Shown here one piece after another: positions 1 to 9,456 of a stretch of 64,000 nucleotides of DNA (positions are counted from its first letter, which is position 1; every line of letters begins with the position of its first letter). This stretch comes from an uncultured bacterium (lineage in GTDB: Bacteria; Babelota; Babeliae; Babelales; JACPOV01): positions 32,001 to 96,000 of the forward strand of contig CAVUUR010000007.1 of NCBI GenBank assembly GCA_963744715.1, read 5' to 3'. The notes beneath the pieces were generated by a model. It saw nothing but the letters and a program-made list of their open reading frames with translations, ran no database searches and was not told the origin of the DNA. The position numbers and the translations under genes were made by a program.

Positions 1-2
1 CA

Positions 3-179
3 CGAGCTCGCGCGCATGGTGCTACCGATCAGGAAATTCATGATACGGTTTTAATCGCCGCTGCTTTTTGCATGTATAATCGTTATGTTGATGGCCTCGC
101 TGCATGGACCCCAACTGACCCTGCGCTATATGATCAGATAGGAGAACAACTTGCACAACATGGTTATGTGAAAGCATAA
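3..179 (+). CDS. 3' end of a carboxymuconolactone decarboxylase/AhpD-like peroxidase-related protein (partial, runs off window start)
   Basis: Manual translation of frame 3: RARAHGATDQEIHDTVLIAAAFCMYNRYVDGL...GYVKA*, typical CMD-family C-terminus. Confidence 0.7.
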   Translation, partial: RARAHGATDQEIHDTVLIAAAFCMYNRYVDGLAAWTPTDPALYDQIGEQLAQHGYVKA

Positions 180-186
180 TGAGCCT

Positions 187-1755
187 TTATTTTACTTTAC
201 GCGCTTTGAGTAAATCGACCGCAAATAAAAAACCTTGATTATTTTGTTCCGTGGCTTGCTGTAACGCCGTTTTACCCTTTCTATTTTTTATTTTCATACT
301 TGCTCCCCATTCAAGCAGAAACTTTGTAATATCAGAGGTTTTTGCGTAATGCAATGGTGTATTACCTTCAACATCCTGAATATTCATACGTGCGTTATGC
401 TTTAATAAAAATGCTGTTGTTTCGGGTAAACTTTTTTCAACTGCATAAAACAGCAATGTTTTCATACTCCCATCACGCACATTGATAAAATCGATAAAGG
501 TTTTGGAGGATTTTTTATAGAAATCCTCTAATTTCTTAAGTGCTTCTTGATCAAAAAGTTCATTCTCTTCTTTTGTCGATGGTTGAAAATCATCTATTAG
601 ATCACGCAGGTTAATAAAAGAATTCCAAATATTATCATCGGCAAGATTAATGAATGGTTTTCTGTTTGCTTTAAAACGCTTCAATGATTTCTGTGGATTT
701 TCCGCCAAATAAAACCAGGTTCTGGGCGAAAGAACAGGAATAAATGATGCTTCTTGATCAGTTACCCTACTATCAATTCTAAACGCTTTATCCGTACCAA
801 GATCAATAACTTCACTACCACCAAACTTATCAACTAACAATTGTGCAACTGCCCTACAATGATCTCCGCCGGCATAAACGATGGTATGTTTATAGAATTG
901 AGCAAATATTTTTATAAGAAATTCTATATCGGCTATGTCTAGAAATGACACAATCATTTTTGATACTTTTTCTTCTTCCTTATTTTTGCTCATTATATCT
1001 CTGGCTTCTCCAATTGTTATATTGGGATTTTGCAAAAACATTTTGTTTAAATATCTATACAACGGCTGTATCTTTTCTTTGGTATAAACAAGCCACAAAT
1101 CAGATAAAGTCTTGTAATAATTTTTAAATACGGATGCTTTAACATCTTTTAAATCTTTTGTAGCTTCAGATACGGTTCCGAGTAATGCTTTAAGTTCATC
1201 AAACTTAAAAAATTCTTTTAAAGGAACGTCCAATAAGTCTTCTTGCTGCAACATACTAATCGAAAAGGCATCTGGGCTTAGATATAATAATCCCTTGACC
1301 TCCAAACGGTATGTATCGCCATTGTTAAATACGATCGATTTGCCTTTATCTACAGAAAATTCACTTTCCAATTCATTACCATAAAGCATCCAATGAATTA
1401 CAGGATCATTAATGGTTTTCAATTTCCAAGTACTGTAGGGTTCATGTTCCCATAAAAGTTGTATAGGTGCGCCTTGTTTGGCCAATTTTCTTAACGTAAT
1501 CAGTAGTGTTCGTTCTGCCGTAGTAAAAGCGCCTTTTTCTTCCTTTGAAAGATACGCCTGTTGATTTCGGGATGGATTTTTAACCAATTCATGCAACGGT
1601 TCATGAAAATCAGAAATTAAATCAATAACTTTAATAATAACATTATTCTTATCGATGATAATAATTCTTTTAAATTCAAAAGGGAGCGCTCTTATTTCCT
1701 GCAAATTAAGGGCGTTTATTACCATAAGTACTACTAATTTTTTACAAAAATTCAT
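187..1755 (-). CDS. Secreted-type ankyrin-repeat protein, copy 1
   Basis: Start reassigned to MNFCKK (ATG 1755) by identity with copy 2; signal-like N-terminus; C-terminal ankyrin repeats (GNTPLHYA, GKTALQQA). Confidence 0.8.
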   Translation of the reverse strand: MNFCKKLVVLMVINALNLQEIRALPFEFKRIIIIDKNNVIIKVIDLISDFHEPLHELVKNPSRNQQAYLSKEEKGAFTTAERTLLITLRKLAKQGAPIQLLWEHEPYSTWKLKTINDPVIHWMLYGNELESEFSVDKGKSIVFNNGDTYRLEVKGLLYLSPDAFSISMLQQEDLLDVPLKEFFKFDELKALLGTVSEATKDLKDVKASVFKNYYKTLSDLWLVYTKEKIQPLYRYLNKMFLQNPNITIGEARDIMSKNKEEEKVSKMIVSFLDIADIEFLIKIFAQFYKHTIVYAGGDHCRAVAQLLVDKFGGSEVIDLGTDKAFRIDSRVTDQEASFIPVLSPRTWFYLAENPQKSLKRFKANRKPFINLADDNIWNSFINLRDLIDDFQPSTKEENELFDQEALKKLEDFYKKSSKTFIDFINVRDGSMKTLLFYAVEKSLPETTAFLLKHNARMNIQDVEGNTPLHYAKTSDITKFLLEWGASMKIKNRKGKTALQQATEQNNQGFLFAVDLLKARKVK

Positions 1756-1878
1756 ACTTTTAACCTCATCACTATTTATTAAAAAAAATAATTTCAGTTT
1801 TAATAATAATACGCCACTAATTTTAAAATCAACAATCTTTTTAAAACCAACATTAATTACTACATGGTGACTGTTTTT
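1486..1878. repeat. Near-identical direct repeat (5' coding part plus upstream region of ankyrin gene), partner at about 3137-3529
   Basis: Sequence recurs at offset 1651 with only a few substitutions. Confidence 0.9.
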
Positions 1879-1891
1879 AAATAAAAATAGG

Positions 1892-3406
1892 TCAGGTTCT
1901 TTTTTCCGTAGCTTGTTTAGAAGCCATTTTACCCTCTTTATTTCCGATATCTGATTTTGTGCCGTGCTCGAGCAGAAGCTTTTTAATATCGGATGTTTTC
2001 GCATAATGCAATGGCGTATTGCCTTCAACGTCTTGAATATTCATACGTGCATTATGCTTTAATAAAAATGCTGTTGTTTCGGGTAAACTTTTTTCAACTG
2101 CATAAAACAGCAGTGTTTTCATACTCCCATCACGCACATTGATAAAATCAATAAAGGTTTTAGAAGCCTCTATATAAAAGTTCTTTAACTTCTGCAGCGT
2201 TTCTTGATCAAAAAGTTCATTCTCTTCTTTTGTTGATAGTTGAAAATCTGCCATGAGATCTCGTAGGGCAAAGAAGGAATTCCACATATCATCGCCAGCC
2301 AAATTAATGAATGGTTTTCTGTTTGCTTTAAAACGCTTCAATGATTTCTGTGGATTTTCTGCCAAATAAAACCAGGTTCTTGGCGAAAGAACAGGAGTAA
2401 ATAATGCCTCTCTATCAGTTACCCTATCATCAACTCTGAATGATTCCATGGTAGTACCAAGATTAACAACTTCAATACCACCAAAGTTATCTCGCAATAG
2501 TTTTGCAATTTTTCTACAATGATCTCCTCCTGCGTAAACGATAGTATGTTTATATGATTGAGCAAACATTTTTATAATAAGTTCCACATCAGCAATTTCC
2601 ATAAATGAACCAACTAATGTTGATAGTTCTTCCTCATTGTTTTGTTTGCTGATTATACTTCTAAATTCTCCGAGTGTCATAGTCGGGTTCAGTAATAACA
2701 TTTTATTAAGATATCTATACAACGGCTGTACCTTTTCTTTGGCATAACTACGCCACAAATCGGATAAACGCTCATAATAATCTTTAAATACGGATACCTT
2801 AACATCCTCCAAATCTTTTGTAGATTTGGATGCAGTAGCTTTGTTAATAAATTCAACAAATTTTTTTAAAGGAGTATCTAGTAAATTGTTTTGTTGCAAC
2901 TGTTGATCAGTAAATTCCGCTGATAATAAATATTCTGGATCAGTTTTTACATTGATACGGTAAGTATCGCCATTGGTAAAAACAATAGACTTACCTTTAT
3001 CCGCAGAAAATTCATCTTGTAAAGTATTACTATAGAGAGTCCAATCAGTTCTTGGATCATTAAGAGCTCGTGATTGCCAATTACTATACGGCGTATGTTC
3101 CCATAAAAGCTGTATAAGCATACCCTGTTTGGCTAATTTTCTTAACGTAATCAGTAATGTTCGTTCTGCCGTAGTAAAAGCGCCTTTTTCTTCCTTTGAA
3201 AGATACGCCTGTTGATTTCGGGATGGATTTTTAACCAATTCATGCAACGGTTCATGAAAATCAGAAATTAAATCAATAACTTTAATAATAACATTATTCT
3301 TATCGATGATAATAATTCTTTTAAATTCAAAAGGGAGCGCTCTTATTTCCTGCAAATTAAGGGCGTTTATTACCATAAGTACTACTAATTTTTTACAAAA
3401 ATTCAT
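1892..3406 (-). CDS. Secreted-type ankyrin-repeat protein, copy 2 (tandem paralog)
   Basis: Same N-terminus as copy 1; ankyrin motifs KTLLFYAV, GNTPLHYA. Confidence 0.8.
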   Translation of the reverse strand: MNFCKKLVVLMVINALNLQEIRALPFEFKRIIIIDKNNVIIKVIDLISDFHEPLHELVKNPSRNQQAYLSKEEKGAFTTAERTLLITLRKLAKQGMLIQLLWEHTPYSNWQSRALNDPRTDWTLYSNTLQDEFSADKGKSIVFTNGDTYRINVKTDPEYLLSAEFTDQQLQQNNLLDTPLKKFVEFINKATASKSTKDLEDVKVSVFKDYYERLSDLWRSYAKEKVQPLYRYLNKMLLLNPTMTLGEFRSIISKQNNEEELSTLVGSFMEIADVELIIKMFAQSYKHTIVYAGGDHCRKIAKLLRDNFGGIEVVNLGTTMESFRVDDRVTDREALFTPVLSPRTWFYLAENPQKSLKRFKANRKPFINLAGDDMWNSFFALRDLMADFQLSTKEENELFDQETLQKLKNFYIEASKTFIDFINVRDGSMKTLLFYAVEKSLPETTAFLLKHNARMNIQDVEGNTPLHYAKTSDIKKLLLEHGTKSDIGNKEGKMASKQATEKRT

Positions 3407-3698
3407 ACTTTTAACCTCATCACTATTTATTAAAAAAAATAATTTCAGTTTTAATAATAATACGCCAATCTTTTTAAAATCAACAATCTTTTTAAAACCA
3501 ACATTAATTACTACATGGTGACTATTTTTAGTTTTTTAAAAGAACCAATCGTATCTTAAACAGGTTAACAACTTTAATTAATGCCCTATAAGAGCTAACC
3601 CAATTGCCTAAAATAAAAAAACCGCTAGATTAGTTAATATAAAGAGCAATATTAAAAAATTAATATTAATTCTTTTAGAAATAAATAGAGGTTTTTAT

Positions 3699-5243
3699 AT
3701 GCACATATCATACTTAGTTATCTTTTTTACACTGTTATTAGCTCCCTATTCTTTCAGCAATGCTTCTGATGCCAGCTTGAATGAACCCTTAAAGGATTTA
3801 TCAACCTACATTGGCCAAGGATTACAAGAAGGAATTGCCGGCGGTGTTTCCACCGGTTTAGCAGAAGGAATACCTGCTGCAATCAATGCGGGTGCAGAAT
3901 CCTTTAAAAATCAGTTTGAGGAAACCGGCGATGCTCATCAAGGGATTTCCAATATTTTTAAGTCTCTGGGTAATCAATTTGAACACCATGGTGAGGGGCG
4001 TCATGCCATGCAAAATTTTTTCGGCGCCGTCAGTGATGAATTGGATGAAAACGGTCAAGGCAGAAAAATGGCATTAAATGCTGCCGACACCACCAGCGCG
4101 TACGTTAATAATGTTGGTAAAACCGTTGGCTCTGTTATTACAAACATAGTAATAAAAAATTCACTTATTACGGTTCTCAGCGCCTTGGGAATTGCTACGA
4201 TGTGGTATGGTTCTAAAGTATTATGGAATTTCATTGAGCGAAAACTTAAACAACCGACTCTTATCATAGAATCTTCACGTAAAAATGTTTTTCAACGCAT
4301 GAAAGGTGCATTTACCCGTAAACAAGAGCCGGTTAAACGTCCTATGATTTTTGAACAAGCAACACAAGAGCGCTTACAAGCACTTATTGAAACGACTAAA
4401 AATATTAATACCAATATTAAACGTGGTAAAAAAAATATCGCCTACAGAAATCTTTTGCTCTACGGGCCTCCCGGAACTGGTAAAACATTATTTGCGCAAC
4501 AATTAGCGCAACAATCAAATATGGAATTTGCTATAACAAGCGGTGCATCATTTTCTAAAAAAGGTGCTCTTGAAGCAATGGATGATCTTTTTGCCTGGGC
4601 AAATAAAAGCAAGGGACTTATTTTATTTATTGATGAGGCAGAATCACTGATGCCGGATAGAAACAATCTCAATCCTGATAGTGATAGTTATCGCATATTT
4701 ACGAGCTTCCTTAATTATACCGGAACGCGCAGCAATAGATTTATGATTGTTATGGCAACCAATCGTTTAAACGTCATTGATGAAGCGATGCATCGCCGTA
4801 TTGATGATTTAGTTGAGTTGTCACTCCCAGAAATTTCGCAACGAATTGCTATACTACAAATATACCGTGACGTTATTCTCTTTGACACCAATAATAATGA
4901 ACACGCCTTTGCTTATTCTGCTAAAAACATTCTAACCAATGCCAAGATAGAACAGATTGCAGCGCAATTAGAAGGTTTTTCAAACGGTGATCTTGAAGGG
5001 CTTATTAATATGATAAAAACCGATGCCGACAGTACTCCCGCTGGCATTATAACGGAATCCATTGTTGATACCGCCGTTACGCGAATGCTCATTAAACATG
5101 CAACCCTCAAAAAAATAGAACTGCCTAACAATAAGAATAACCAAACCACAAACTACTGGATAACGATAAAAAGCTATGTAGGAAGTTTTTTTGATTGGGT
5201 ATGTTCTTTCATACAATGGCCATTTGCAACACAAAAAAAATAG
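3699..5243 (+). CDS. AAA+ ATPase resembling eukaryotic ATAD3, with N-terminal signal peptide and one TM segment
   Basis: Walker A GPPGTGKT, Walker B LFIDE; context RNLLLYGPPGTGKT, LFAWANKSKGLILFIDEA and FIERKLKQPTLIIESSR matches ATAD3 as recalled. Confidence 0.75.
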   Translation: MHISYLVIFFTLLLAPYSFSNASDASLNEPLKDLSTYIGQGLQEGIAGGVSTGLAEGIPAAINAGAESFKNQFEETGDAHQGISNIFKSLGNQFEHHGEGRHAMQNFFGAVSDELDENGQGRKMALNAADTTSAYVNNVGKTVGSVITNIVIKNSLITVLSALGIATMWYGSKVLWNFIERKLKQPTLIIESSRKNVFQRMKGAFTRKQEPVKRPMIFEQATQERLQALIETTKNINTNIKRGKKNIAYRNLLLYGPPGTGKTLFAQQLAQQSNMEFAITSGASFSKKGALEAMDDLFAWANKSKGLILFIDEAESLMPDRNNLNPDSDSYRIFTSFLNYTGTRSNRFMIVMATNRLNVIDEAMHRRIDDLVELSLPEISQRIAILQIYRDVILFDTNNNEHAFAYSAKNILTNAKIEQIAAQLEGFSNGDLEGLINMIKTDADSTPAGIITESIVDTAVTRMLIKHATLKKIELPNNKNNQTTNYWITIKSYVGSFFDWVCSFIQWPFATQKK

Positions 5244-5400
5244 ATAGTTTTGAAAAAAATTAATCTATTTTTTGGACTCAAATTGTATATATTCAGCGGT
5301 TTGAAGCAATTTGACCCCTTCATTTTTTTATGCTAAATTGAATAATATTTTAAAAAAATGCCCAATTAGGGGAAAGTACCAGTATTTTAAGGGTTACATT

Positions 5401-5844
5401 ATGAAATTACATTCTATAGTATTAACAGTATTTGTTAGTATCGCTGTTATAGGTCAACTATACGCGCAACCCACAAATGATAAGGACCATATAAAAATAG
5501 AACTAGAATCTATTCTAGTAAAATCACCTACAAATTATATAGATATCCTTCGAGAAATTAAACCAAAGCCACTTCTGGAAATTGCTCTCGTAGCCACATC
5601 ATTATCCATGGCTGCAGTCATGAGATCCATGAATGTCGTGGGTGAAGTTAAAGACGATTGGCGAATATTAAAAAAGGATTTCAACGTACTAAAAAATGCA
5701 AAAAACTTTGGCTCATTGCGCCGCGCTGCCTTATCAGCTTATATTCTTACTGCATCTGGAACTATTACTTTGGCTAGTACGGTTGCAATATCCGGTGGCT
5801 TTTTCTTAGGAATGAAAAACCTCCTTGGATCTAAAAACAAATAA
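5401..5844 (+). CDS. Hypothetical exported/membrane protein
   Basis: ORF; MKLHSIV... signal-like start; two hydrophobic segments. Confidence 0.6.
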   Translation: MKLHSIVLTVFVSIAVIGQLYAQPTNDKDHIKIELESILVKSPTNYIDILREIKPKPLLEIALVATSLSMAAVMRSMNVVGEVKDDWRILKKDFNVLKNAKNFGSLRRAALSAYILTASGTITLASTVAISGGFFLGMKNLLGSKNK

Positions 5845-5928
5845 ATTCATTAAAGAATAGACACTATGTGCTTGCAACAGGCACTTCTAAATCAACGTTA
5901 ATACATAAAAATATCATAAAATAATTTC

Positions 5929-5986
5929 GCTCGCATACCTTCAATTTTTTTAGTAGCTTCAAAAAAAAGCTAAAAAAGGAAGTGTA
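5929..5986 (+). promoter_or_regulatory. Conserved leader/RBS of toxin locus 1 (partner at 49053-49111)
   Basis: gctcgca..ccttcaattttt..tagtagcttcaaaaaaaagc..aaaggaagtgtaATG shared by both toxin paralogs. Confidence 0.6.
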
Positions 5987-7930
5987 ATGCGAGCATTTTA
6001 TTTTTTGATTATACTTTGGGCTATTTCTTGTTGTGCACAGGAAATATTCTCGAGTCCTCCAACCGGTTTTCTTCTCGCTCACTACAAAGCAAATGATGTT
6101 CCATCGCGGCATTCTGAATGCGCTGATCGTTTGCACGCCATAGTTAAATCAACCGATCGGCAAAAATCTTATGAATTGGATGAACAGCGCCGGCGCATAC
6201 CACAACCACGGCTTGCATCCTTATCTCTTTCTGAACAATACCGTACTCTGATCAATCAAGCCTACGCAATTGACCAATCAGCACCACAAGAAGTACTTAA
6301 CATTGTACAAGAACTTGTCGATGTTAATGCGTATATCAATGATCCATGTGCAACGGTTGATTTTCTGATAACGCGTGCCGATGGCAGTCAGCCAATTCGT
6401 ACTACTTTTTTTAACGAGCAAGGAATAATTAAAGGATTTTCTCGTGCAAACAAAAATATTGCGCAGCATCCTGAAGCATGCCGTGCATTTATGTATTGCG
6501 ATGCATTATTTGCCGATTCACAAGGAATTATCCATGAAAAATCTCGAACAGCGCTCATCGCCATCAATGAATATTTGAGTTCTGATGAACTTCCCGGACC
6601 TCCCGGAAGTTATGCAAGTGTGCTCTATGATTTGTTACGCACCTGCCATCCAGAATTAGAAACTTCTTTGCAACATGAATGCGATGAAGTTGCAATAACC
6701 TTTCTTAATTATGATGAGCCCGATAATGGATACAATAATCTTTCCGCAGCGCGAGAACAAGCAGCAAAAGTATATCACGAAGAACACGGTGCAAAACAGC
6801 AATGTTTCGTTCAATTACATGCAACATCGCGCGCTCTCCTGCGCGAGCATAACTATGATTATCGCAAATTTACGTTCATCAATGGTAATGCTTTGCAACG
6901 CCAACTCCTTGATGAAACCGGACAGCTGATTAATCAGATTGCAAGTTATTCCGAATTATACAACGAGCCAATTGCACATTTGTTAGTTGACATGGCCGAT
7001 GTTGCTGCCGAATGCAATCATGCAGGTTCCATCAAAAAAGGTTACGAATGTGCAAATGTCGGTTGGTACATTCTTGATATCATGCAAGCCGTCGGGCTTG
7101 GCATCGTAGAAGGTCTTATTGATGGTGTTCGCTTAACTGCAACATATATCAAACAACATCCCATTGAATTTGCATTAAGTGCTATGTTTACAAAACCAAT
7201 GCTTGCGTATCATCTTGCAAAATTGGTCATACGCAGTGCATCAGTTGCTTTTGATCTGTTATCAACCATTGATTATGAAAATGTAACGTTTGATGATGTG
7301 CTAACCTCCATCGATAATGCAAAGCAAACTTGTTATACCGGGTATCAAACGCTCAGGAAAATGCCACTCAAAACATTGGTTGCCGGCGGCGTTGCGTTTG
7401 CCACTGATTGTTACTTGCAAGGTAAATGCGCTAAGGGCGTTTCCGCGTTTTATGAGAAAACACAAGAAATCTTACTTAAGCATGCACAAAAATTTGATTG
7501 GAAAGCCTACTTTAACGATCATCTCAGACCCGGCTTTATTAATGTTTTTCCTCGAGGTAAGCAACCGGTTAAAAACCCCCAAGAAAATTTTGCGCAAACC
7601 TCGAATAAAAATTCACTTGAAGCACCAAAAAACATACTAAAAGTTCATACTATGAAAGAGTTTTTTGAAAATACTCTTTTTGGACAGGAATTAAAAAATA
7701 AGGTAATAAAGACAAACTATTTTTATAAAAATCAGCCAATTTACAAATTACAACAAAAAGTACAAAGTCATACCATAAGCAAAGGTGATTATTTTTATCT
7801 CGATAATTTACATTTTGATCATATAGAAGTTTTTGATCAAAGTGGCTCAATGAAATCAGTGCTAAATTTTGATGGAACAATTAATATAGAAAAAACAAAA
7901 AAAGCTTACGGAAGAACTATTAAACTTTAA
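5987..7930 (+). CDS. Putative polymorphic toxin (locus 1): signal peptide, conserved carrier, variable C-terminal putative RNase tip
   Basis: Paralog of 49112-51040 up to FPRGKQP, then unrelated; tip motif YLDNLHFDHIEVFD...VLNFDG resembles CdiA/TpsA-type C-terminal toxins. Confidence 0.75.
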   Translation: MRAFYFLIILWAISCCAQEIFSSPPTGFLLAHYKANDVPSRHSECADRLHAIVKSTDRQKSYELDEQRRRIPQPRLASLSLSEQYRTLINQAYAIDQSAPQEVLNIVQELVDVNAYINDPCATVDFLITRADGSQPIRTTFFNEQGIIKGFSRANKNIAQHPEACRAFMYCDALFADSQGIIHEKSRTALIAINEYLSSDELPGPPGSYASVLYDLLRTCHPELETSLQHECDEVAITFLNYDEPDNGYNNLSAAREQAAKVYHEEHGAKQQCFVQLHATSRALLREHNYDYRKFTFINGNALQRQLLDETGQLINQIASYSELYNEPIAHLLVDMADVAAECNHAGSIKKGYECANVGWYILDIMQAVGLGIVEGLIDGVRLTATYIKQHPIEFALSAMFTKPMLAYHLAKLVIRSASVAFDLLSTIDYENVTFDDVLTSIDNAKQTCYTGYQTLRKMPLKTLVAGGVAFATDCYLQGKCAKGVSAFYEKTQEILLKHAQKFDWKAYFNDHLRPGFINVFPRGKQPVKNPQENFAQTSNKNSLEAPKNILKVHTMKEFFENTLFGQELKNKVIKTNYFYKNQPIYKLQQKVQSHTISKGDYFYLDNLHFDHIEVFDQSGSMKSVLNFDGTINIEKTKKAYGRTIKL

Positions 7931-7935
7931 TACTT

Positions 7936-9081
7936 ATGATAAATGAAATAAAACAATTACTATCACTTTTGAGCAATTTTACACAAAAATATGCAACGAA
8001 TACGCAATTTCTTACAAAAAATATTACAGAAAAGGAACAAGAAGCTGATGAACTTATAATACTATATAAACAACTTGATGAAAAAATTACATCTTTTAAG
8101 AAAAGCCTATCTGATAAAAACAAAGCCGTTGATGTGTTGGTTGAAATAGCGGTTCTTTACTCCTATTATGTAGAATATTTTGAAAGCATTAAAGATCTCG
8201 TAACTAATATTATTCAGTCAAACCAGGAAGATCAAAAAAATACACATGAGATAGCATCTGATATTTTATACAGGAAACAATATGTAACCTATGATACAAA
8301 ACGTGACCTCTATCTCTTAACGTACACGTCCGAAAATATAATTATTAATTATAATTATAAAGGCATCGCACTATTAAATAATGATTTGAAAAATTCTCGT
8401 GATATTTTTTTATTTCAAGGAATTTCAATTACCCATGTCTATAAACACTTTTTTTATCCTCATTTAATAGCTTTGTATTGTGCAGAAAATCAATGTATTA
8501 TACAGCTTGATTTAAATAATTTTTATCCCAAAAATATACCATTACCTTTTAAGCAAGATGATGTCTTTCTTTCATCAATTTATTTCTGGATGGAATCGAC
8601 CTTAATAATTGCCACAACTCATGCATTATTTTATGAACTAAATATGGAATTAAAAACGATTCAACCTATTGCTCAACATTATATAAAAAATCGTTTTGAA
8701 CTTTTATATGAGTTCACTCAATCTGTTTTACAGAATAATAATGTATATGATATACATTCAGATGATTATACATTCATCATTAAAGATACAATCAAAAATA
8801 CGTTTTCACGGATTGATATGATTGCCAATACTATCACAAATACGTTGTATTATAATGCAGAAGTCCATGATATTAGATACGATAATGGATTTTTCATGTT
8901 TATTCATGAAAATTTTATCGTAATTGAACATGATAAAAAAATTATTGCAACAATACATGCGGCTCAAGGCCGAAGATTTTTACGTGCATCGTTTCTAGAT
9001 AGCTACACAAAAATCGTAGTACTTAGTGATTCGCAGGCCAATTATCATTGCGCATTAGCATTATACGATCTTTGTTTATAA
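7936..9081 (+). CDS. Putative immunity protein (helical N-domain fused to beta-rich domain)
   Basis: Starts 5 nt after toxin stop; N-terminal ~110 aa resembles 9094-9393. Confidence 0.55.
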   Translation: MINEIKQLLSLLSNFTQKYATNTQFLTKNITEKEQEADELIILYKQLDEKITSFKKSLSDKNKAVDVLVEIAVLYSYYVEYFESIKDLVTNIIQSNQEDQKNTHEIASDILYRKQYVTYDTKRDLYLLTYTSENIIINYNYKGIALLNNDLKNSRDIFLFQGISITHVYKHFFYPHLIALYCAENQCIIQLDLNNFYPKNIPLPFKQDDVFLSSIYFWMESTLIIATTHALFYELNMELKTIQPIAQHYIKNRFELLYEFTQSVLQNNNVYDIHSDDYTFIIKDTIKNTFSRIDMIANTITNTLYYNAEVHDIRYDNGFFMFIHENFIVIEHDKKIIATIHAAQGRRFLRASFLDSYTKIVVLSDSQANYHCALALYDLCL

Positions 9082-9093
9082 CTATGGAAATCC

Positions 9094-9393
9094 ATGGAAA
9101 AATTATTATTTAAAACTATCCAAGTTTTAGAAATTTTAAATAAACAGATACCTTATCAAGCAATAACTAAACAAGAATTCAATGAAGAGAAAGAAAATAT
9201 TGGGGATCTTTTGGTATTACAACAGAAAATTGATGGATTACTAGAACACCTTACAAACAAAGAAGTTGTACAGAATAAAGATTTAGTCAACGAATATCTT
9301 GTTCATATGTACCTTAACTATTCGTATATGGTATGGCATTTTGAGCAAATTGATAATCTTATAAAAAAAATACTTACAACGTACCCAGATTAA
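9094..9393 (+). CDS. Small helical putative immunity protein
   Basis: 99-aa ORF in toxin operon; similar to N-terminus of upstream gene. Confidence 0.55.
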   Translation: MEKLLFKTIQVLEILNKQIPYQAITKQEFNEEKENIGDLLVLQQKIDGLLEHLTNKEVVQNKDLVNEYLVHMYLNYSYMVWHFEQIDNLIKKILTTYPD

Positions 9394-9456
9394 TTATTTT
9401 TATTAATCTCAATTGCTAAGATAATTTTTTTGATATGCAGTATGCAAAGTAAAAAA

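Noticed and set aside
1756..2028. N-terminal extension of the 613-aa ORF
   Set aside because: Overlaps the neighbouring paralog and the duplicated upstream region; the paralog fixes the start at 1755
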